A stretch of 56,236 bases of DNA from Methanomassiliicoccaceae archaeon UBA113 (GCA_002506175.1 DAXB01000042.1:1-56236), one strand, 5' to 3'; counted from the first letter of the stretch, positions 29,223-38,345 are shown. Notes: generated by a model from the sequence alone, not told the origin. Program-made: numbers and translations.

Positions 29223-30350
29223 TCATTGACTGACGGTCTTCGGATTCACGAGCTTGTTGACGATCGCTTCTTTCACAAAGGCATTGTACTCGTCCATGTC
29301 GGGTTTGTTGTCCAGGATAAACTGGATCTCGGATACGACATGGGCGAATATCTCCTTGTATGCACGGCAGGAATCACCGCCGTTCTCTTCAAGACCTCTC
29401 TCATAGCATGCATCCACGCTGCACCCTCCGTTGCAGAACTTGAAAATATCACATGAGGCGCATTTCTCGCGTCTTTTCACGGATCCAAGGAGTATGTTCC
29501 TGAAACCGTCCGATTGGAAAGCATCTGCAATAGATGATATGCTGTCGATGTTGCCCATGCAGAATTCCTTGGGGCATGCCTTGGCGCACGGGTAGAGGGA
29601 TCCGTCAGGATACATGCATATCCATTTTGTCAGACAAGATGTGTGGGCGCAGTCCGATGGGACGGGCTCTCCAAGATAATTCATGATGTAGAGGTAGAAC
29701 GGCATCAGAGGTACTCTGACGGTCTTGTCCTTCAGCCAGGAGTCGAACGCCTCTATGCTTCCCTTGATGAACTCATCGTTGTCGGGAACATAGCATCTTC
29801 CGCATCCGGCAGGTATAACCGGAGACAGGGAGACGCTTGTCGCCTTGTCTCTGAAGAACTCATAGATCTCCTTCTGCTTGGATGCGGTATCTTTGGAGAT
29901 CGTGGCGCTGACCGCGTACTTGTTGTCCTTGGCTGACAGGGTGTTGAGGGTCTTCTCCACGTCGCATTCCCTGAGGACATTGTTGTACGGACCTTCGTAG
30001 GAGATTCCGATGTTGATCTTCTTCTCCCTGCAGTATGCCATGAACCTTTTGTTCAGGAGAGTACCGTTCGTATTGATCGTATTCCCATATCTGAACGAGT
30101 CCTTCCCGAAGCACTTCTCTTCAAGGGCTATGACATCCTTGTAGAATGACATCGGGAGCGTCATCGGTTCCCCACCGTGCCATATGAACCAAGCGGTCTG
30201 ATACTCCTCGGAAGCCATCTTCATTATCTTTTCGATTTTGGAAAGGTCAATTCTGAGATCCTTCCTCTCTTCAGGTATGTGGTAACAGTGCTTGCAGTCA
30301 GTATTGCAGAAAAGCGTGGGTTTGATGACGACAGTAATATGGGGTTTCAT
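29223..30350 (-). CDS. radical SAM/SPASM domain enzyme (putative peptide maturase)
   Basis: CNTDCKHC (CxxxCxxC), WHGGEP, TNGTLL. SPASM cysteines CAHTSC..YPDGSLYPC..CASCDIFKFCNGGC..C. Confidence 0.92.
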   Translation of the reverse strand: MKPHITVVIKPTLFCNTDCKHCYHIPEERKDLRIDLSKIEKIMKMASEEYQTAWFIWHGGEPMTLPMSFYKDVIALEEKCFGKDSFRYGNTINTNGTLLNKRFMAYCREKKINIGISYEGPYNNVLRECDVEKTLNTLSAKDNKYAVSATISKDTASKQKEIYEFFRDKATSVSLSPVIPAGCGRCYVPDNDEFIKGSIEAFDSWLKDKTVRVPLMPFYLYIMNYLGEPVPSDCAHTSCLTKWICMYPDGSLYPCAKACPKEFCMGNIDSISSIADAFQSDGFRNILLGSVKRREKCASCDIFKFCNGGCSVDACYERGLEENGGDSCRAYKEIFAHVVSEIQFILDNKPDMDEYNAFVKEAIVNKLVNPKTVSQ

Positions 30351-30361
30351 GAGAAAAGGAA

Positions 30362-30391
30362 ATCCGCCGCGTACGATGCTTCGCGGCGGAT
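30362..30391 (-). terminator. 10-bp stem-loop followed by a pyrimidine tract, between the precursor and rSAM genes
   Basis: ATCCGCCGCG/CGCGGCGGAT, followed on the minus strand by TTCCTTTTCTC. Confidence 0.65.
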
Positions 30392-30402
30392 GGTAATGTT
30401 AT

Positions 30403-30723
30403 TCAGAAGGGCCAGAAAGGCCAGACACCGAAGAAACCATCGGTCACATAGCAACAGCAGATCAGGCATACGACGACGCTTCCGATACAGCAAGCGTGCC
30501 ATCCCCATGAGTTGCAGTATCCCTTGTCGCTGCAACAGCAGTAACTGCAGGGTGTGAGTCCGCCGTGCTCGTTGTCGCTCTCTTTATCGAAGCGCTCAGC
30601 ATGCTCGTTGTCCTGGGGAAGTCCCTCCATGGAGAACGCAATGAATGCTGCGGGGGATTGACTCTCGTACAGTGCTGTCAGTTTTTCGACGGATTCTGCA
30701 TCGTATGACATGATTTTCACCAT
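30403..30723 (-). CDS. Cys/Trp-rich putative RiPP precursor peptide (106 aa)
   Basis: Acidic leader ending NEHGG. The core has 11 Cys (CSYCCC, CLICCC) and 4 Trp. TATA-like TTTATATAG upstream at about 30763-30771. Confidence 0.75.
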   Translation of the reverse strand: MVKIMSYDAESVEKLTALYESQSPAAFIAFSMEGLPQDNEHAERFDKESDNEHGGLTPCSYCCCSDKGYCNSWGWHACCIGSVVVCLICCCYVTDGFFGVWPFWPF

Positions 30724-30848
30724 TTAGGCTGATGCCTTGATAACTTGCGTACTGTGTTTGCCTATATAAATTTGTCATCTGGCAGATATAAAAAATGTTA
30801 TGCTGGGTATTTCACTAACGCTAAATAATCGGGGTGCCTTGCTAGTTT

Positions 30849-31754
30849 ATGCTCGGTTATACCGTCCCGTTCTACGGCCGTTTATCTCCGGCGGACCGTA
30901 ACGTTTACCGCAAATATTACTGCGAAGGCTGTCACCAGCTCAGGGACGGTTTCGGTCTGACAGGGACGCTGACCGTGAATTACGATATGACGTTCAACAC
31001 CATACTCTTGAATGGGATTGTGGGCGACGTCTTGGAGTTCGAGGGAACGACATCCAAGCCGTGCATTCTGTGCAAGCCGAAGGCGGACTCGGACCTCATG
31101 AGGAAGATGGCCGCATACACGCTGATCCTTGCGAAATGGGAGCTGCACGATGACGATACAGACAAGCCGTCCGTCAAGGCCAAGGTGGCATCCGTCACTC
31201 TCGCAAGAGCCATAGACAAGGCTGTCAGCATGTATCCGGAATACGATAGGATGGTCGGTGTCGGTTTCGACAACCTCCGTGAGCTGGAGATCAGCGGATG
31301 CAAGGATGCCCGTCTCATGGGTCTGACCTTCGGAGAGGGTCTGATCGGTGCGCTGAGGGATGTCGCGGGGGACTATTCGAGCGAGGATCTCGATAACGTG
31401 TTCAGGGAGCTCAGCGCCATTGTGTACCTCATGGATTGCGTGGACGATCTGGATGAGGATTTCATGGAAGGTACATACAATCCCTTGCTGCCGGAGAAGG
31501 GGTACACCAACGCCATGGACTTCAGGCTGAAGAATGTATACGAGCTGACATCCCTGTTCAATACCACGATCGGATCCCTTCAGAGTTCTTACTCCAAGGT
31601 GCGTCCGAAGATGAAGGGGAATGTCGGTATCTGCGATAACATCGTGTACTACGGCATCCCAGATTCTGCGAAGAAGGTTATGATGGGCAGCTCTTCTGCG
31701 AAACTGAGTGTCAAGAATCTCATTTTCAACCGCAAAGAGAGGATGTCAGACTGA
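30849..31754 (+). CDS. DUF5685-like protein, possibly isoprenoid-synthase fold
   Basis: N-terminal MLGY..YRKYYCEGCHQL..G..T.NYD.TF signature. Asp-rich motifs LHDDDTD and MDCVDDLDED, then YNP. Confidence 0.8.
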   Translation: MLGYTVPFYGRLSPADRNVYRKYYCEGCHQLRDGFGLTGTLTVNYDMTFNTILLNGIVGDVLEFEGTTSKPCILCKPKADSDLMRKMAAYTLILAKWELHDDDTDKPSVKAKVASVTLARAIDKAVSMYPEYDRMVGVGFDNLRELEISGCKDARLMGLTFGEGLIGALRDVAGDYSSEDLDNVFRELSAIVYLMDCVDDLDEDFMEGTYNPLLPEKGYTNAMDFRLKNVYELTSLFNTTIGSLQSSYSKVRPKMKGNVGICDNIVYYGIPDSAKKVMMGSSSAKLSVKNLIFNRKERMSD

Positions 31755-31982
31755 TCCCTTCGGATCGAACTCGGTACAGACGTCCAGTTCGAACCTCTCG
31801 GAACCATCTCTGGTGCATGTTCCCTTCGAGAACATGTTGCAGTTCTCGCAGCAACCCGGACGGTATCTGCCGCAGTCGGATTCGGGGTCGGTCGGTCTGG
31901 ATTCCGCTTTACAGGTCCAAGAAGTGCCATCATGTTTGCAGAACCTGCAGGTCTTGCATCTATGGTAGTTCTCGTTCGTCAT
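31746..31982 (-). CDS. small Cys-rich protein with a duplicated CxxC..C..C module
   Basis: CKTCRFC..WTC..SDCGRY and CENCNMF..GTC..DVCTEF. Confidence 0.65.
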   Translation of the reverse strand: MTNENYHRCKTCRFCKHDGTSWTCKAESRPTDPESDCGRYRPGCCENCNMFSKGTCTRDGSERFELDVCTEFDPKGSV

Positions 31983-32029
31983 CGTTTCCGATATATCCTT
32001 GTTGCACATTACCCTTTCCTCGAAGCAAC

Positions 32030-32572
32030 ATGAGCGACGTATCCGATTCTATCGAGGAAGACCTTCGTACACTGGACGATATCCTGAAGGAGCTGAACAA
32101 AGAGGCTCTTAAGCACAAGGAGGCCAGGGACAAGCTCCATGCGCAGGCGGACATCCTGGCAGACAAGCGTAACAAGCTCCAGGAGAAGGCAAGGAGGTTG
32201 TCGTCAGAGGCCGGTGCGCTGAAGCATCAGAGGGATGATTACAACCTCACCGCTCAGGAGGCCAAGGCGAGCCGTGACGAGTGGAACGAGAAGGCGAAGA
32301 CCATGCGCGAGCGCGGAGGGCTGGGAGACATCTCCGGTGCCAGGCAGCAGGCTGAGACATATCATCAGAAGATGGTCAAGGCCAACACCAGCGGTCAGAT
32401 GGTCCATGAGAAGATGCACCAGCTCTATGATGAAGCCGACAAGCTGAGGCAGGAGGCGCAGGTCTGTCACGAGCAGTTCCTGGATTGCAAAGCCGCTGCC
32501 GATGAGGAGCATGAGCAGTACATACAGGTCATCAAGAGGATCAACAAGGTCAAGGACAACCTTCCAGACTGA
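32030..32572 (+). CDS. archaeal coiled-coil protein (COG1340-like)
   Basis: Heptad pattern KRNKL..RDDYN..RDEWN..YHQKM..ADEEHE. Confidence 0.8.
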   Translation: MSDVSDSIEEDLRTLDDILKELNKEALKHKEARDKLHAQADILADKRNKLQEKARRLSSEAGALKHQRDDYNLTAQEAKASRDEWNEKAKTMRERGGLGDISGARQQAETYHQKMVKANTSGQMVHEKMHQLYDEADKLRQEAQVCHEQFLDCKAAADEEHEQYIQVIKRINKVKDNLPD

Positions 32573-32736
32573 TTTGGGAAAGGATCAGGTCAAGCCCGAA
32601 CGGGCAGAAAACTCATCCAGAGCGGTATTCCGCTCGTTTTTTTCCACATAATTTTAAGTGTCATAAGCGTATAGTTGCAAGATAGTTGGTCATGATGATT
32701 AATTCCGATTCCTCGGTTAGGTTGGGTGCCTGAGCA

Positions 32737-33987
32737 ATGGAAACGATTGTCGCAGTGTATATTGTAGCCATAGCGTTGCTCATCTGTCTTTCAGCTTTCT
32801 TCTCCATGTCGGAGACTGCTTTCACCAGCGTCAACGAGATCAAGCTCAAGAAGATGGAGAATGACGGCGATAAGAGGGCTGCCAGGGCTCTGAGGATTAT
32901 GAACGATTACGATAAGTTCCTTACCACGATCCTCATTGGAAACAATCTGGTCAACATCGCAGGAACATCAATCGCCACCACGATGTTCGCAATCCTCCTC
33001 GGAGCCGAGACTGGAGCGCTGGCATCCACCATAGCGATGACGCTCCTTCTTCTGACTTTTGGAGAAATCACACCCAAATCGTTCGCAAAGAAGAACCCGG
33101 AGAAGATATGCATACAGATTTGCGGGATCATCCATTGGATCATACTGATTTTTACGCCGCTTTCTTGGCTGTTCACCAAGCTGGCCAAGCTGGTCAGCGG
33201 CAATGAGGACTCCTCCACGATTACGGAGGATGAGCTCGAGGTCATGATCGACGAGATCCAGAGCGACGGCGTATTGGAGAAGAGCGAAGGCGAGCTGATC
33301 AAGTCCGCCATGAGGTTGGATGACATCTCGGTCTCCGAGATCTATGTTCCCAGGGTGGATATCGTCGCAGTCGATGTAGACTCGTCGGAGGATGAGCTGG
33401 AGAACATAATCACAGCATCAGGGTTCTCCAGGATCCCAGTGTACGAGGGAACAATCGACAACATCATCGGTGTGATCTATGCCAAGACATTCTTCACCAA
33501 TACGATCATGGATGTTCCGTTCACCATCCGCGATATCATCATGCCCGTGAAGTACATACCCGATACGATCAGTGTCGCACAGTGTCTCAGCGACCTCCAG
33601 AGATCAAAGATCCATATGGCAGTCGTACTTGATTCCTACGGAGGAACCAGGGGTATCGTCACTCTCGAGGATATGCTCGAGGAGCTCGTCGGGGAGATCT
33701 GGGACGAGAGCGATGCCATCTCGCAGGATGTTTGTGCCGAGAGCGGAGGGAAGTATCTAGTCAAGGGAAGCGCGAACATCAACGACGTCATGGAGACGAT
33801 CGGAGTTCATTTCGATCCGGAGGACTATGAGGAATCCTCGGTCACCGGTTTCATCATGTACAAGCTCGAGAGGGCCCCGACCAAAGGGGATCAGATAGTA
33901 CTCGATAACATCACAATCACGGTTATTTCCGTCAAAGGGCGCCGTGTGATAGATTGCGAGATGATGATTAACGACAATCAGCTCTGA
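32737..33987 (+). CDS. CNNM/CBS/CorC (hemolysin-family) Mg/Co transport protein
   Basis: SAFFSMSETA, TILIGNNLVN, FGEITPK, FSRIPVY, VTLEDMLEELVGEI. Confidence 0.93.
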   Translation: METIVAVYIVAIALLICLSAFFSMSETAFTSVNEIKLKKMENDGDKRAARALRIMNDYDKFLTTILIGNNLVNIAGTSIATTMFAILLGAETGALASTIAMTLLLLTFGEITPKSFAKKNPEKICIQICGIIHWIILIFTPLSWLFTKLAKLVSGNEDSSTITEDELEVMIDEIQSDGVLEKSEGELIKSAMRLDDISVSEIYVPRVDIVAVDVDSSEDELENIITASGFSRIPVYEGTIDNIIGVIYAKTFFTNTIMDVPFTIRDIIMPVKYIPDTISVAQCLSDLQRSKIHMAVVLDSYGGTRGIVTLEDMLEELVGEIWDESDAISQDVCAESGGKYLVKGSANINDVMETIGVHFDPEDYEESSVTGFIMYKLERAPTKGDQIVLDNITITVISVKGRRVIDCEMMINDNQL

Positions 33988-34409
33988 AGGCCCCGGATGA
34001 ATTCTCCCAGGGTCTTCACGGCCACTTCCTTCTTGGCCGGATGGGCTTGTATCTTTCCGAAGATCGATATGACGTCTCCGTGATGGGCGACCTCGTAGAT
34101 GCCCTGCACGGCCTTCTGCTTGTCGAGACGCAGATAGAACATGTCGTCCTCGTCGACACGATCCTCGATATTATCTTCAATGTATGCCAGGATGTCCTTT
34201 CCGAGCTTGGTGAAGAGCTCCGTGAACTCCTTCTGCTTAGTGATGCGCGTCTCGAGGATCATCATGGTGTTGCCGTGCTCGCTTTCCGTTATCTCCTCTT
34301 CGAACTCGATGTCCCCGAGGAGCTCTTTCAGCGTTTCTTCTATGAGGTCCTGTTTCTCGGTCGCGTAGCAGAATGTCTGAACCCTTATCCAGTGGAACGT
34401 GACCTGCAT
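33978..34409 (-). CDS. archaeal RNA-binding protein (COG1325-like)
   Basis: YATE, HGN, FYLRLDKQKA motifs. Confidence 0.85.
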   Translation of the reverse strand: MQVTFHWIRVQTFCYATEKQDLIEETLKELLGDIEFEEEITESEHGNTMMILETRITKQKEFTELFTKLGKDILAYIEDNIEDRVDEDDMFYLRLDKQKAVQGIYEVAHHGDVISIFGKIQAHPAKKEVAVKTLGEFIRGLQS

Positions 34410-34411
34410 GC

Positions 34412-34879
34412 TCAGGCCTCCTTGGGGAGAAGGGCGTACAGGGCTTCATGGTCTTTCGACGACAGGTACAGGACCCTCTTCCCTGTCAGTTTAAGTCCCA
34501 CGCCGTAATCGTCGCCCACGGCGGAATACGTTCTGTATTTCACTCCTTTCAGGTTCCAGTTCGCATAGTTCTTGATTATCGAGATCTCTCCGACCTTTGT
34601 GTCGATGATCTCATCCATGGGGACTACGGTCTTCTTGGCGATATAGAAGACTTCTATCTTATCTTCATAGACGGTGACGGAGTATCTCATCAGGAAGCAT
34701 ACCGCTATGGCGATTGCGAAAATGATTGCGCATGCATAGATGGCCCATTCGTTCATGGCCTGGTAGTACCACAGCTTGGTGAATGCCATCGATATTATGG
34801 TGACTATCAGAACTGCGGTCAGCAGCAATGTGAGGTTCTTCGGCAGAACCATGCGTGACTCCTGGAATGATGGGTCCAT
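34412..34879 (-). CDS. membrane protein with a PH-like soluble domain
   Basis: Two TM helices followed by a beta-rich domain. Confidence 0.65.
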   Translation of the reverse strand: MDPSFQESRMVLPKNLTLLLTAVLIVTIISMAFTKLWYYQAMNEWAIYACAIIFAIAIAVCFLMRYSVTVYEDKIEVFYIAKKTVVPMDEIIDTKVGEISIIKNYANWNLKGVKYRTYSAVGDDYGVGLKLTGKRVLYLSSKDHEALYALLPKEA

Positions 34880-34990
34880 GCTTTTCCGATGGGTATTCGC
34901 TTATAAATCGGTTGCTGGCTCGCATTTGTGTATGTCAAAGAGCCGAACTGCCAATATCTTTATATTCAACCTATCTATCCCGTGATTGTT

Positions 34991-35065
34991 GGTCCCGTAG
35001 CTTAGCACGGTTTGAGCGTCCGGCTGATAACCGGAAGGTCCTGAGTTCAAATCTCAGCGGGACCA
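34991..35065 (+). tRNA. tRNA-Ile (GAT)
   Basis: Acceptor stem GGTCCCG/CGGGACC, anticodon arm TCCGG-CTGATAA-CCGGA, T loop TTCAAAT. TTTATAT promoter about 25-30 nt upstream. Confidence 0.95.
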
Positions 35066-35256
35066 CTATCTTTTCTCATTCCTTTCGCGGTTATTCGATT
35101 TGGGTTTCCAGTCCGCCATAGTATTCGGTCTGGCACTGATGTAATTTAGTTAGGGGAACAGATGAATGATTTGATTGTTCACCGCAATATATCGGTAAAA
35201 GTCAAGGATTAGACTATATTGGGCAGCAATTGGGGTTTTTTTTTATGAAAAGAAAG

Positions 35257-35275
35257 TCCCCGGACATGCCGGGGA
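35257..35275 (-). terminator. hairpin terminator
   Basis: TCCCCGG-ACATG-CCGGGGA followed by T-rich sequence on the minus strand. Confidence 0.6.
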
Positions 35276-35286
35276 TTGTTTGAGGA

Positions 35287-35703
35287 TCAGTACAGGTCCT
35301 TGATGATAGAGCTCTCTTTCTCGTCAACGAATCCATCGATGGCGACAATATTGATGAGTGCGAAGATGAGATCTTCTTTCACGGGCTCCGGATATTTCTT
35401 GAACCTTTCCTTTGCCTCGGCGATGTCTGCTTCGGTAGTTGCCTTAAGCTCGTTAATGACGTCCTTGACATCCAGGTTGTTGTCCTCGGCGAAAAGCCTG
35501 GCCATTTTGAGTTCATCGGGAGAGAGTATTCCGTCGGCTTTGGCTATTCCGAAGCTGAGAGTCTTCACCACGGAGTTGACCTCGTCTCCGCATTTGTCTG
35601 CGGAGTCCTTGATCTTCTTCTTGACGATTGTCTGAAGGCCCTCGAAGTCGTTCAAGTCCTTCGCCTTGACGAAGTCTTTGTAGATCTCCAAGTACGATTT
35701 CAT
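35287..35703 (-). CDS. TerB-like (tellurite resistance family) protein
   Basis: Paired AKADGILSPDE and VAIDGFVDEKE motifs. Confidence 0.75.
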   Translation of the reverse strand: MKSYLEIYKDFVKAKDLNDFEGLQTIVKKKIKDSADKCGDEVNSVVKTLSFGIAKADGILSPDELKMARLFAEDNNLDVKDVINELKATTEADIAEAKERFKKYPEPVKEDLIFALINIVAIDGFVDEKESSIIKDLY

Positions 35704-35780
35704 AATCCGTAATTGGTTGGGCGGATTTTAAAGGATTTTGGATTATCTGCGAATTATCAGAGGCAGGCGCTACTGGGGAT

Positions 35781-36779
35781 TTAATAGAGTTCGTACTTCA
35801 GTGTGCATCTGCCATTATTGACATGGAACTCCGCCATCGCACCGTTGATGAACGTCATCCTTGGGCCTTTGTGTCCCACATCGGCACCGAACACAATCGG
35901 TACATCGAACTCTTTCAGGCATTCATGTATCGTATTCTGGTAATCATCGCCTTTGTAGAACAGGGGCCTTCCGAACACGAATCCCTTCACACCCTTGAAC
36001 CACCCGTCCTCGATCATCCCTGAGAACATCTTCCCGATCCTGGCATCGTCCATGTCGAATGTCTCCATGTACCATATGATGCCCTCATCCGCATATTTGG
36101 AGTTGAATCCGTCAAGATGGACGAGTCCTTTCTTCTGATACCATTCGAGGACGTCCATACATCCTCCGATGAGCCTTCCCTTGAATGTTACATCCCCGTT
36201 CGATACCCATTTAACGGGCAGGTCTTCCTTGAAAGGCTCCAGGCCGGTGACTCTCTCCGAGAAACCGTCTTGGTATGTTCCGAAAGATTCCTGTGAATCC
36301 CTCCTTCCCTCAAGGAATTCCAGATGTTCCGAGATGCTGCGGTGCCAAGGTTCCATCCCGAAGTCCCCGAAGTTCCCTCCGTATATGGTGGCGATATCAT
36401 GCTCTGCCGTGATCTTGAACAACAGGACGGTGTTGTCGGAGTATCCCTGAATCCATTTAGGGTACCTCTCCAGCAGGTCCCAGTCCATACCCATCAGCAT
36501 CTCGCACTGATAATCTCCTCCGGAAGCGGATATCACGCATCCGACCTCCGGGTCCATCAGGAGGTCGTAGAGCTCCGTGACGCGCTGCATCATCGGGGAG
36601 CTCCTCCCGGTCTCGTCCGCGATATGGACGTTGGAGGTCTTCCTCACCTTGTACCCCTTGCCGTTCAGGATCTCCTCCGCATGTTCGAAACGTTTGATGT
36701 CCAGAGGTTCGACCACACCGAAGGACGGAGCGGTAACGCCTATGCATTCTCCTTTCCTGAGCGGGCGGGGTATGATCAT
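35781..36779 (-). CDS. S66 family LD-carboxypeptidase (MccF-like)
   Basis: IGVTAPS, SGGD, GYSD (nucleophile), GRLIGG, DVGH. Confidence 0.9.
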   Translation of the reverse strand: MIIPRPLRKGECIGVTAPSFGVVEPLDIKRFEHAEEILNGKGYKVRKTSNVHIADETGRSSPMMQRVTELYDLLMDPEVGCVISASGGDYQCEMLMGMDWDLLERYPKWIQGYSDNTVLLFKITAEHDIATIYGGNFGDFGMEPWHRSISEHLEFLEGRRDSQESFGTYQDGFSERVTGLEPFKEDLPVKWVSNGDVTFKGRLIGGCMDVLEWYQKKGLVHLDGFNSKYADEGIIWYMETFDMDDARIGKMFSGMIEDGWFKGVKGFVFGRPLFYKGDDYQNTIHECLKEFDVPIVFGADVGHKGPRMTFINGAMAEFHVNNGRCTLKYELY

Positions 36780-36827
36780 GCTTCAGGGATACACTCCACT
36801 TTATATGGATACTCCGTTAGGCTCCTC

Positions 36828-37316
36828 ATGGCGATATTATCGGACAAAGACATCCTCGATGGGATGGAATCCGGATACCTCGGTATCAGCGACTACCATG
36901 AGAGAGGATTGACACCCAACGGATACGATCTCCGCATCAAGGAGATCGCAATCAGGGGCGACAGCGAGATCAAGACAGAGGGCGTTGTGAAGATTCCTCC
37001 CAGAACCATGTTCTACGTCTCCACCATCGAGAGGGTGAGGATGCCGAAGGATGCTTGCGCACAGCTTTGGCTCAGGACCAGCTGGATAAGGAAGGGTGTT
37101 ATGGGTGCGTTCGGGAAGATCGATGCAGGTTTCGAAGGAACCCTCACACTGGGGGCATACAACGCAACCGATGATGTGATCGAGATACCTATCGGCGAGA
37201 GGTTCTGCCAGATGGTGTTCGAGACGCTCAACACGCACAGTCTGAAGGACTATGCCGAGAGGAGCGGTCATTATCAGGGGGAGACCGGAGTCACGCTCGA
37301 ACCTATCAAGAAATGA
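36828..37316 (+). CDS. dcd: dCTP deaminase
   Basis: ILSDKDI, PNGYDLR, RTSWIRKG, IDAGFEGTLTL, RFCQMVF, Y..RSG.YQG. Confidence 0.9.
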   Translation: MAILSDKDILDGMESGYLGISDYHERGLTPNGYDLRIKEIAIRGDSEIKTEGVVKIPPRTMFYVSTIERVRMPKDACAQLWLRTSWIRKGVMGAFGKIDAGFEGTLTLGAYNATDDVIEIPIGERFCQMVFETLNTHSLKDYAERSGHYQGETGVTLEPIKK

Positions 37317-37319
37317 CGA

Positions 37320-38318
37320 TCAGTCCTTATGGATATCCATCGAGTAGACGCTCATGGTTGGGGAGTAGGTCTTCAGCTCCGAGCTGTCTATTCTGATGTC
37401 AAACCCTTTAGCTTTCATCTCTTCTTCGAGATTCTTGCAGAACGAGGGGAATTCGGCCCTCTCGATGATCTTGTACATGTGAGCGACGGCGCCATTGTTC
37501 ATGCGGTCCATCGCGAATCCCAGGAAGCGGTCCGCTATCTGAGGAAGATTCATGATGACCCTGTCGGCCATCGGCAGGTCGTACACGACCTTGGAGGAAT
37601 CTCCGGTCATCGTGATGAGGTTGGAGATGTGGTTCTTCTCCGCATTGAGTTTAGCATATTCTTCGGCTGCTGGATTCAGGTCTATGGAGTAGACTATCTT
37701 CGGATTTGCATTCCTGCAGATCACGGTTCCGAACGGAGCCACGCCTGCGAACATGTCGATTACGATCTCTCCATCCTTAACGAGAGATGCGATCCTGGAC
37801 CTCTCGGAGGACAGTCTGGGGTTGAAGTAGACCTTGCAGGGGTCGGTGTACAGTTTCACTCCGAATTCTTTGTGGATCGTCTCGGACCCGCCCTCTCCGG
37901 CAATCTTCTCCAATTCCCTTATCCTGAAATCCCCTTTAACGCCGTAGTCGTGGAAGACGGCACGGATGTTCTTGTTTACTCTGATGAGTGCATCCCCTAT
38001 GGGCTGCTTGTAGTCGATGAGCTCGTCTGGCACCTTTATCATGGCGATGTCGCCGACCACATCGAATGAGGATGGGAGAAGCCCCTTGAGGTTCTCTGGA
38101 ACCTCTGCGACCTCCCTGTAATCCGATGGATGGTGTTCCTGCACCTCGGTCTCGGTGTCGACGGTCTCGTAGTCCCTGAATGATTCTCCTCTGATCGGGA
38201 TGATGAGGAAGTCTCCCTCTGATCTGATCTTGGCATCCAGGTCGAGCATGTTCTCTGCCACGAGTGCGGATCTTGCGGTCTCGCCCTCCCTCTTGGGGAC
38301 ACGGATGCATCTTGTCAT
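37320..38318 (-). CDS. trm5: tRNA (guanine37-N1)-methyltransferase, Trm5/Met10 family
   Basis: FDVVGDI, VYFNPRL..ER, DMFAGVAPF, DLNP, DRVIMNLP. Confidence 0.88.
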   Translation of the reverse strand: MTRCIRVPKREGETARSALVAENMLDLDAKIRSEGDFLIIPIRGESFRDYETVDTETEVQEHHPSDYREVAEVPENLKGLLPSSFDVVGDIAMIKVPDELIDYKQPIGDALIRVNKNIRAVFHDYGVKGDFRIRELEKIAGEGGSETIHKEFGVKLYTDPCKVYFNPRLSSERSRIASLVKDGEIVIDMFAGVAPFGTVICRNANPKIVYSIDLNPAAEEYAKLNAEKNHISNLITMTGDSSKVVYDLPMADRVIMNLPQIADRFLGFAMDRMNNGAVAHMYKIIERAEFPSFCKNLEEEMKAKGFDIRIDSSELKTYSPTMSVYSMDIHKD

Positions 38319-38345
38319 GTTCCGAAGGAATGCGGAATTCTATAA

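Noticed and set aside
30347-30535. 62-aa ORF overlapping the precursor and rSAM start
   Set aside because: Alternative frame running through the hairpin, with no protein-like features.
35066-35780. Integrated element at tRNA-Ile
   Set aside because: Somewhat AT-rich with a TerB-like gene, but no integrase and no duplicated tRNA 3' end was found.
35781-36779. MccF-like peptidase as immunity gene for the RiPP-like locus
   Set aside because: It lies 4 kb away, separated by housekeeping genes and a tRNA, and S66 peptidases are widespread.
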